Source: Planctomycetota bacterium (GTDB taxonomy: Bacteria > Planctomycetota > PLA2 > JAEUHO01). From it: a stretch of 64,000 nucleotides of DNA. The DNA is taken from the NCBI GenBank assembly GCA_965222115.1, contig CBDCTJ010000007.1, positions 2,240,001 through 2,304,000 of the forward strand, written 5' to 3'. The notes beneath the pieces are model-generated. The model was not told where the DNA came from. It saw only the letters and a program-made list of their open reading frames with translations, and did not search any database. Made by a program: the position numbers and the translations under genes. This document shows, piece by piece, positions 30,157 to 37,448 of the stretch. Each line of letters opens with the position of its first letter. Position 1 is the first letter of the stretch.

Positions 30157-32547
30157 TTGGGTCAACGACAGTCTGGAGGGCGCGTGCAAAGAGCAGGTTT
30201 CCGCCCTCGTCTTGCGATTCGGCCGTCGAGTGCGTTCCTGCCGGGACTCGCGCTTGTGTCGTTCATCCTGTGGGGTTGTGTGCGCTCGAGTTCGCGCGTC
30301 GTTGAGCATGGGGGGCCTCGAGGACATCCCCTCGATTCGATTGATGTGTCGGGCCGCGAGATGGCGCAAGTGCAGGCGGCTCGCGAGCGACTGCGGGCCC
30401 ACGACACGCGCGGTGCGTTGGATGCACTTGAGGCGCATCGGGGCCTCGATCCTCGCGAACCCGCACGCAGTTGGATGCTGGTTGCGATTTGGGCCGGGAC
30501 GAATCAGCGCCATGTCGCTGAGACGCGAGCTCGCGCCCTTACGCCAGGCCCCATTCGCGACACATTGATTGCGGTCGCATCGGAAGATCCAGCCGCGACA
30601 TTGGACGAATTGTCCGTTCGTGCAAGTGAGCCCCACCCGTGGCGAGACCTCGCCATTGCATTGCTCTACGCCAGTCGCGCTGAGCACGATCACGCTCGCC
30701 GTTTTGCAGATCGCACGCTTTCTCCCTCAGCACCGGCCTTTGTTGTGCACGCTGCGCACCGCGTGTTGGCGCGCGGGCATGCCTTGGATGGAAATCCGAA
30801 AGAGGCGCTGCGTCTCGCCCATCTCGTTTACAGTCAAGACCCAGGCGATACTCGCAATTGCCGCTTACTGGCGGAGCTCTATCGTCGTGGCGGGGATCTC
30901 GAAGCGGCCGTGCGGTATCAAGCGCTGGCCGTCTCTAGCGCGCCGCATCACGAACGGTACGCACGAAAGCTCGCCGAGTTGCTTCGTCGCTATCATGAAG
31001 TGCATGACGGAACGAAGCCCCTGCCCATGGCGCTTGACGTCAATCAACTTTTGCACGTCGCACCGCAAAATCCCGAGCTGCACACGGTTGCGGGCTACAT
31101 CGCACGTGCGCAGCGTCGTTTCATTGTTGCCGAACAACACTTTGAGCAAGCGTTAGCGCGCGGCGCGGTTCCCATACTTGCCGATCGCGATCTTCGTGAA
31201 TTGCACTTTCGTCACGGTCGCTTTGCCGACGGGTTGCGATTGCTTCAACAAGCGCTTCCGCCGGGAACGACAACCGACGTCCATAACATTGTGCGGCCTG
31301 CCTGGGACGCGCTCAATCAATCGGTTCACACTTCATCCGGTTCGCACAATGGAAGCGAGCGACACATTGCTTCATGCTTACTCGCGGTCGGCGCGCTTCG
31401 CGACGCGCGTGCTGTAGCTTCACGGGATCCGTCAAATGTTGATCTCGTAACCAAGATTTCAGCCCATTTGGCATTTGAGCGAAGTTTGCGGGCATTGACA
31501 GAAAGTGACTACCGCAATGCCATTGACGAAGCGCCCGTGCGCGCGTTGGACGAAATTCTGGCAAAGATCCCCGCGCTTATGTGTCGGCATTTGCCACCTG
31601 ACGACCGCTTGTCGCATGCTCAGGTTCGCGCCGGCCTCAACGATGTGCTGCTTATCGGATCGTGGCTCGATCATCGACCGAAGAGTTCGAGCCCATTGGT
31701 TCGTTACTTTCGTCGTTGGAATCGCTATTTGATTTTGGGGCAACGCCAAGGCAGTCCGGTGGAAGCGATTTCGTTTTCCATAGGCTCGATGGTGTGCAAT
31801 CAGAAGATCTGTTCCAACAGGCAGCGACAAGTACACCATGTAGTCGTTGGCTACGATCGTGATATGCGAAGTCTAGTGGCCGCGGACGGCGGCAACCTGG
31901 GCGGCGCGTGTCTACCCGACGGCGTTTGGCTCGATGCGGATGCCACCCGCGAAACGGAAGGTGAAATGCGCCGCGCCATGGTTCGCGATCCCTACGACGC
32001 ATTTGCGCTTTCTTCGACCCAGCCCACGCCTGTGACCAAGGCGCGGCAATTGACCTACCTCGGCGATGGTGGCAGCGCAGCCGACAAACTTGTAGCGCGA
32101 TATGTGGCGCGCAATCCGAGCAAGCCGTGGGGGAGTTTCTATACGTTGCGGGCCCACGAGTTTGGTCACATTGCCGACTTGCGTGCGCACTACCCACTCT
32201 TGGAAAAGTTGCCGGCCAATCTCGCGTTGTTCTTTCGCCACGGCGCAAGTCCCGTCGCCATTGAACGCGCACTGGAGCGACGCGCGCAATTGGGTGCCGT
32301 CATCGACGCGCCCGATCCGGATCTGGCGGTTGCCGAGATGTTGCAGGGCCTTCCCTTGACGGAGGATGAACCTGAAGTCCATGCGGGCGGCTACGCGGAC
32401 GGGCTGGCCGACATGGTGCGCTACATCGCTGCGCACCCGCGCGAATTCCCCCAGATTGATCGTCGGGCGCGAATCGTTGACCAGTTGCCAAAGCTCAGCA
32501 ACGCCGAGCTACAGCGTGTGGCGCGATGCGTGATTGGGCGCCGCTAA
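30157..32547 (+). CDS. TPR-containing putative lipoprotein with HEXXH zinc-metallopeptidase motif
   Basis: Lipobox-like LWGC, TPR-like helices, LRAHEFGH followed by a downstream E (ALERRA); start uncertain. Confidence 0.65.
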   Translation: MGQRQSGGRVQRAGFRPRLAIRPSSAFLPGLALVSFILWGCVRSSSRVVEHGGPRGHPLDSIDVSGREMAQVQAARERLRAHDTRGALDALEAHRGLDPREPARSWMLVAIWAGTNQRHVAETRARALTPGPIRDTLIAVASEDPAATLDELSVRASEPHPWRDLAIALLYASRAEHDHARRFADRTLSPSAPAFVVHAAHRVLARGHALDGNPKEALRLAHLVYSQDPGDTRNCRLLAELYRRGGDLEAAVRYQALAVSSAPHHERYARKLAELLRRYHEVHDGTKPLPMALDVNQLLHVAPQNPELHTVAGYIARAQRRFIVAEQHFEQALARGAVPILADRDLRELHFRHGRFADGLRLLQQALPPGTTTDVHNIVRPAWDALNQSVHTSSGSHNGSERHIASCLLAVGALRDARAVASRDPSNVDLVTKISAHLAFERSLRALTESDYRNAIDEAPVRALDEILAKIPALMCRHLPPDDRLSHAQVRAGLNDVLLIGSWLDHRPKSSSPLVRYFRRWNRYLILGQRQGSPVEAISFSIGSMVCNQKICSNRQRQVHHVVVGYDRDMRSLVAADGGNLGGACLPDGVWLDADATRETEGEMRRAMVRDPYDAFALSSTQPTPVTKARQLTYLGDGGSAADKLVARYVARNPSKPWGSFYTLRAHEFGHIADLRAHYPLLEKLPANLALFFRHGASPVAIERALERRAQLGAVIDAPDPDLAVAEMLQGLPLTEDEPEVHAGGYADGLADMVRYIAAHPREFPQIDRRARIVDQLPKLSNAELQRVARCVIGRR

Positions 32548-32643
32548 CCGCCCGACGCGACTCGACTCAGAGCCCCAAATATGCGCATGTAGAGCGTTAT
32601 GACAATAGGTTGCAATCGCGGCGCGGGGAATGACGATGCGGCC

Positions 32644-33264
32644 ATGAGTAAGTCAAAAGTCCACGTGGGCAGCGCGGTGCCCGATTTCGAAATTCCTGTC
32701 TACGACCCCAAGACCGGCGACTTCGGCACGTACTCGCTGGCGCAGGCCAAGGCCGACGGTCGCTGGACGATTCTCTTCTTCTACCCCGCCGACTTTACCT
32801 TTGTCTGAGCGACCGAGTTTTCTGCTCTGGCAGAGCAGCAAGATCGTTTCGATAAACTCGGCGCCAACTTGGTCACCGTCAGTTGTGACACAAAGTTCAC
32901 GCACCTGGCGTGGCGCACGGTAGAAGGCGAGCTGAGCAAGGTCAACTACATGATGGGCTCCGATCCCACCGGCAGGTTGGCTCGCAAGTTTGGCGTGTAC
33001 ATCAATAACGAAGGCATTCCCCTTCGCGGCACGTTCCTCATTTCGCCCGAAGGCACGTTGATGTTCTCCGAGGTCAACTTCTTGAACGTCGGCCGCAACG
33101 TAGACGAGCTAATGCGCAAGTTCAAAGCCAACATCTACGTGAGTAAGAAACCCGCTGAAGCTTGCCCCTCCACGTGGAAAGATGAAGGCGATGTCACCTT
33201 GTCGCCTTCCGCACGCATGGTTGGCAAAGTCAGCGAAGCGCTCAAGTCGGGTGGCAAGATGTAG
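32644..33264 (+). CDS. ahpC: Selenocysteine-containing peroxiredoxin (AhpC/Prx1-like)
   Basis: FFYPADFTFV-TGA-ATEF: the TGA (32806-32808) sits at the peroxidatic Cys position. The frame continues through RGTFLI, GRNVDE and EACP, and a SECIS-like hairpin follows the TGA. Confidence 0.9.
32809..32847 (+). promoter_or_regulatory. Bacterial SECIS element candidate
   Basis: CTGCTCT-GGC-AGAGCAG hairpin (32822-32838) with a G-led loop about 20 nt after the UGA. Confidence 0.8.
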
Positions 33265-33294
33265 CACACGATTAGCAATTGTTGAATTCGCGAT

Positions 33295-33328
33295 CGGGCT
33301 CTCACTGTTGCGGTGGGGGCCCGTTTTT
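33295..33328 (+). terminator. Rho-independent terminator
   Basis: CGGGCTCTCACTG-TTG-CGGTGGGGGCCCG followed by TTTTT, after the peroxiredoxin. Confidence 0.8.
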
Positions 33329-33347
33329 ATCGAAGTCGAATGCTTGT

Positions 33348-33380
33348 ACCCGTCACCCGTCACCCGTCACCCGTTACCCG
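33348..33380 (+). repeat. Heptamer array (CCCGTYA)n; other copies at 34449-34501, 35148-35173, 35918-35941, 40686-40704
   Basis: Read directly; all in the same orientation. Confidence 0.9.
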
Positions 33381-33497
33381 AGTCCCGTGAGCCTCCTCAC
33401 CCTGAGTGGACATCTCCCTAAATCCAGCTGTAGCTCTTTGCTTGTGACTGCGAATGAAATGCAGCACACGGCGTGTGCGCTGGTGATCGGTCGCTAC

Positions 33498-33530
33498 GAA
33501 ACGTGCGGATTTTGCCCATACACCGTATCC
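33498..33530 (+). repeat. ~33-bp dispersed motif GAAACGTGTGGATTTTGCCCGTACACCGTATC, copy 1 of 10. Other + copies at 36524, 37407, 40027, 41134, 42772, 44298; - copies at 58904, 59647, 59706.
   Basis: Aligned by eye; several copies extend ~60 bp upstream (..GGTGACCGAGCACTACGCCAT..). Confidence 0.85.
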
Positions 33531-33556
33531 CCAAGACCGGCCTGGTGTCCCGCGAG

Positions 33557-34306
33557 CTAGAAATCCACCGTCACGCCGACTCGTAGCGTTGCGTCGCCGT
33601 GGGTGCGCCGCAACGAAACATTGGGACGTACGCGGGTTCGAAGCCAGCGGTCGTGTTCCAGCTCGCCAAAGAACGTGCCGAAGAAGTTGCCTGCACCCCA
33701 GCCCACAAGCACATCCGAGGGGTAGTGCTTTCTGGCTGAGACTCTCAAGGCTCCCGTCGCGACCGGTAGAAGTGTTAGCGCACCATCGAGCCACGGGCGC
33801 ACGTCGCGCCGAACACGAGAACGTTTCAGTGCGTATCGAAGGGACGCGGCGCTCCACGCTGTGTGCGACGTGTGGCCGGAGTAAAAACTCAGGTGGTTCT
33901 CTCCATTTGGACGTCGTCGATGCCACAACGCCTTGAAGGGTCGATTGAGCGCCTCGTTTGCCACGCCTGTCGATACGGTGCCCACGAAGGGATCCCACGA
34001 TTGGTACCGCGCACTCTCAACGCCGGAAACGGTCAACGCTCCTAGAACCGATCCACGCAGCAACGCGTCGCTGGCCCGCTCGGCAGCGTCGGTATCACCG
34101 TCGGCAAACTCATCGGAGATATCGTGATCCAAGTCGGCTGCATCGATCGCGATCCCCGCGACAATCGGCGCCCAGGTTCGCCAGTCGGTCGCTGCCGTCT
34201 GCAGTGCTTTCGAGTGTGTCGGCGTCCACCCAGTCGATGAGCACCCGCCCAGCAACAACGCTGACCAGCCGACCCACCACACCATTCGCGTTCGCCCGTC
34301 AGGCAT
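33557..34306 (-). CDS. PAP2-family phosphatase, putative lipoprotein
   Basis: K......RRRP, SFYSGH, R....KHYPSDV motifs; lipobox LLGGC. Confidence 0.88.
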   Translation of the reverse strand: MPDGRTRMVWWVGWSALLLGGCSSTGWTPTHSKALQTAATDWRTWAPIVAGIAIDAADLDHDISDEFADGDTDAAERASDALLRGSVLGALTVSGVESARYQSWDPFVGTVSTGVANEALNRPFKALWHRRRPNGENHLSFYSGHTSHTAWSAASLRYALKRSRVRRDVRPWLDGALTLLPVATGALRVSARKHYPSDVLVGWGAGNFFGTFFGELEHDRWLRTRVRPNVSLRRTHGDATLRVGVTVDF

Positions 34307-34541
34307 GTTGGTATCTCGCCTCCCAACGCGCAGTGTACGAGTAAGCTACTGCGGCAGGGGGCCGTTGGCACGAATTTCGAATGCAGTGGTACAGCTTCCA
34401 TAAACAAGTAACGGGTGCAAATTTTCGTGGGTCATCCAGTAGCGCCCTCCCGTTCCCCGTCACCCGTCACCCGTTACCCGTACCCCGAAACCCGTTACCC
34501 GGTCTCAAGGTAGATCGCTCGATGAGCGATGCGTTCGGCGC

Positions 34542-34931
34542 TTAAGACGTGGACGGCCAAGGCTCGTCGAATCTTCGTTGAAGCACGAACAACATGGCGG
34601 CGGATCGCTCAAGGGTGCTCATGACGGCGGAGATTGCGGCCTCGCTGGCGAGTCCGAGTAGTAGCGCGTGATGTAGAGCTGCGATGGCCTCGGTGCATTC
34701 GGCGTGTGCGATGTCGTACGCTTTGCGCTTCTCGGCTGGCCGCCGCTTCGCCAAGCCCTCTGCGACATTGAGTGCCACGCTGGTACTTGCGCGCCTGAGT
34801 TGGTCGGCAAGTTTTGCGTGGCCACGAGGCCATGCGGCGCACAGGGCGTTGCATCCAAGCGCGGCAGCTTGCGAAGCACGGTAGACATCGAAGCGTTTTA
34901 GGTATTCGAGCGTAGAAGACGCGCTTGTCAT
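34542..34931 (-). CDS. Four-helix-bundle protein (23S rRNA IVS-like / Avd-like fold)
   Basis: FDVYR..LADQLRRASTSVALNVAEG..IAHAECTE signature; GGAG RBS. Confidence 0.85.
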   Translation of the reverse strand: MTSASSTLEYLKRFDVYRASQAAALGCNALCAAWPRGHAKLADQLRRASTSVALNVAEGLAKRRPAEKRKAYDIAHAECTEAIAALHHALLLGLASEAAISAVMSTLERSAAMLFVLQRRFDEPWPSTS

Positions 34932-35217
34932 GATGGAACTCCAGCGTGAAGGGATCGCAAGCCGCTTGCTCGCGTGTGCCCCTCGTTGAAAGAGCCGAAG
35001 GCGAAGGAGGGCACACGCGAGGGGGTCGTACAAACAAGGCCCCGCGTGATAGCGACAACCCGTTCTCATGCTGGAGTTCCATTACAAGCGGTGCCCGCGC
35101 GTACCGAACGCGCTGGTGCAACCGGCGGTGCTGTCCAAGGCCCTACCACCCGTTACCCGTCACCCGTTACCCGAACTCAAGGGTGATCATCCGAAGATCG
35201 ATTCGCGCCGCCTTAAC

Positions 35218-35325
35218 GTGGACGTGGACGTGGACGTGGACGTGGACGTGGACGTGGACGTGGACGTGGACGTGGACGTGGACGTGGACGTGGACGTGGA
35301 CGTGGACGTGGACGTGGACGTGGAC
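35218..35325 (+). repeat. Hexamer microsatellite (GTGGAC)x18; x4 at 35987-36010; single units at 34549 and 40750
   Basis: Read directly; each is preceded by TTAA. Confidence 0.95.
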
Positions 35326-35511
35326 GCGAATGGCAAGAACGCGCTAGTCGCATGCGTGCGACATTGGTAAGGTACCGAACTGATCGCTGTGTGACGTGAT
35401 TGCTCACTGGCAACACCCGCTTGGGAAGTGCTACGTGCATGCCCCTATTCGCCACAAGGGCGAGGGCACGCACTCGCATTCCCGCGGGTGTTTCCTCGTG
35501 GAGATTCTCGT

Positions 35512-35898
35512 ATGTCACACAGCAATCAGTTCTCGGTTACTTCCACCGCGGGTCGGCTTGAACGATTCGACGTGTATCGAATCGCACGGCGTGCCGCGGC
35601 TAGCACTCACAAACTCTGTGGATCGCTGCCTCGAGGCAACGCGGAGCTTGCAAGCCAAGCTCGACGAGCCTCGACAGCCGTCGTCCTTAACATTGCCGAG
35701 GGCATTGGACGTGCCGGGGCAGGCGCAAAGCACCGTTCGTTCTCCATCGCTCGCGGCGAATGTGTCGAGGCGTCGGCGGCGCTCGACCTCATGCAGGCGA
35801 TGGACATCCTCGCGAATGCGAGCGCTGCTCCAACGCTTCGCGACCTAGATCGCGCCCGCGCAATGTTGAATGCGCTCATTCGTCGCTGGAGGGAATGA
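35512..35898 (+). CDS. Four-helix-bundle protein (23S rRNA IVS-like / Avd-like fold), paralog 2
   Basis: FDVYR..LASQARRASTAVVLNIAEG.GR..FSIARGECVE; GGAG RBS. Confidence 0.87.
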   Translation: MSHSNQFSVTSTAGRLERFDVYRIARRAAASTHKLCGSLPRGNAELASQARRASTAVVLNIAEGIGRAGAGAKHRSFSIARGECVEASAALDLMQAMDILANASAAPTLRDLDRARAMLNALIRRWRE

Positions 35899-36007
35899 GG
35901 GGTGCGCATTCCAGGTTCCCGTCACCCGTTACCCGTAACCCTCATTCAAGGGCGGGCATCCAATGAATGATGCGCGCCGCCTTAACGTGGACGTGGACGT
36001 GGACGTG

Positions 36008-36402
36008 GACGTCGAGAGCAAATGGCTTTGCCATTTGCACGAGACCCTGAGTAAGCACCAGCGGATCTTTGATCCGCGCAGTGCGCATCGAAGGGTGGAC
36101 GTGAACGATCTGAGCCTTCCCTTTGCCGACTCGCAGACGACGCTCCACGTCAACTTCAACGGCCCCGGGGGGGGGCACGGGTCAATAGCCCAGTGTGAAG
36201 CGCAAGCGCAGCGGCGCGTAACGCTGGGTTTAGACGTCCCCAAAATTGGCCACCCTGAAAGGGTGGCGGAAACCCACGAACATCTACACGCGTAATCTCG
36301 CACAGACGATTCGTGATTTTCATGGCCCCGATTAGAGACGTGTTCGTCGTAAGTGGTTTGAACCCTCTCCCCACAACGCCCTCTCCCAGAGGGAGAGGGG
36401 GG
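36008..36402 (+). repeat. Modular palindromic repeat element, copy A
   Basis: GCAAATGGC-TTT-GCCATTTGC hairpin, GGCCCC hairpin, invariant 46-bp core 36184-36229, CCACCCT/AGGGTGG hairpin, CCCTCTCCC/GGGAGAGGG hairpin. Confidence 0.9.
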
Positions 36403-36658
36403 CTTTGACTTGGGAAAGACTGTGAGGCTAAGAGTTTGCGGCTCCCGTTGTCTTTTGGATTGCCTCAGCTGCGAACGAAACGCTGCGGACGGCGTGCGCG
36501 CTGGTGACTGAGCGCTGCTCCATGAAACGTGTGGATTTTGCCCGTACGCCGTATCTCGATACCTCCCCCAAAGCCCCATATTTCGGGATGCATCCAATGT
36601 CGCCCTGGAATGTGTCAAAAACTGATACAAAATCGCTCTCCAGTGAGATACTGAAGAA

Positions 36659-37003
36659 ATGGCCCACCGCGAATCAAGAAATGTCTCGTTGGCTCCGGCC
36701 CAAGATCAATTCGTAAAGGCGATGGTGGATGGGGGCCGCTTTCGTACCGCCAGTGAAGTTGTGCGCGAGGCGCTGCGTCTATTGGAAGAGCGGGAGCATC
36801 GCCGCTTGCTTGAGAAGTGGATCTACGAAGGCCTCACAACCAATGAAGAGGCGCGACTACCCGAAGCAATTAAGAAGCGCGCTCGTGAGCACTTCGAGGG
36901 CCTCTTGTCCGCGCCGCTCGCAGATGTTGAGTACGGCAACGTTGCCGAAGGTGCGTCCGCCATGGCAAAGCTACGATCCGAACTCGAATCGCAGTCGGAC
37001 TGA
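36659..37003 (+). CDS. parD: ParD-family (RHH) antitoxin
   Basis: NVSLAP..FVKAMVDGGRFRTASEVVREALRLLEERE. Confidence 0.88.
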   Translation: MAHRESRNVSLAPAQDQFVKAMVDGGRFRTASEVVREALRLLEEREHRRLLEKWIYEGLTTNEEARLPEAIKKRAREHFEGLLSAPLADVEYGNVAEGASAMAKLRSELESQSD

Positions 37004-37308
37004 GTTTCACGAGCTATCAACTAACCACCACAGCGGAAGAAGATCTACGCGTTGCTCTACAGTTTGTTGCCAAGCGAGACGGAGTCGACCGGGCACTCCG
37101 CGTGCACAACCGATTCCTCGAGACGTTTAGCGCCATCGCAGAAATGCCACGCATCGGGTACGTGCGACCGGGCTTGACAGGGAATCGCTTTCGTTGGTAC
37201 ACCGTATTCAAGTGGGTTGTGATCTACGACCCCGTGGGTTCACCCATCACGATTCTCCGAGTCTTGCACAGCGCTCAAGAACTAGACCGCATACTTGATG
37301 AAGACTAG
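37000..37308 (+). CDS. parE: ParE/RelE-family toxin lacking a canonical start codon
   Basis: In-frame SYQLTTTAEEDL..IAEMPRIG..R..VIYD..ITILRVLHSAQEL. Only CTG (37000) or ACG (37009) is available before the conserved N-terminus. Confidence 0.75.
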   Translation: MSFTSYQLTTTAEEDLRVALQFVAKRDGVDRALRVHNRFLETFSAIAEMPRIGYVRPGLTGNRFRWYTVFKWVVIYDPVGSPITILRVLHSAQELDRILDED

Positions 37309-37448
37309 ATGCAAGTGTGAGCTTTCTTGTCCCTGGTGGACACTCGACAATTATTCGCAAGTCAACGTCCGCGACGTTACTCGAATCGATCGCCGAACTT
37401 CTTCGCGAAACGTGTGGATTTTGCCCGTACACCGTATTCTCCATTCCC

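Noticed and set aside
32599-33264. Peroxiredoxin pseudogene or two separate ORFs
   Set aside because: The stop coincides with the catalytic Cys codon and is followed by a SECIS-like hairpin
34366-34382. Sigma54 promoters (TGGCACG here and at 19031)
   Set aside because: The -12 GC is absent or mis-spaced in both
34946-35518. ORFs with poly-WT, poly-VD or poly-RP tracts
   Set aside because: Translations of the (GTGGAC)18 microsatellite; no RBS or family support
34542-35898. Diversity-generating retroelement (because of the Avd-like genes)
   Set aside because: No reverse transcriptase and no TR/VR pair with adenine-specific mismatches seen
35929-36630. 233-aa ORF and similar ORFs at 40743, 44026, 59376
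   Set aside because: Read through the repeat elements; shared peptides only reflect the DNA repeat
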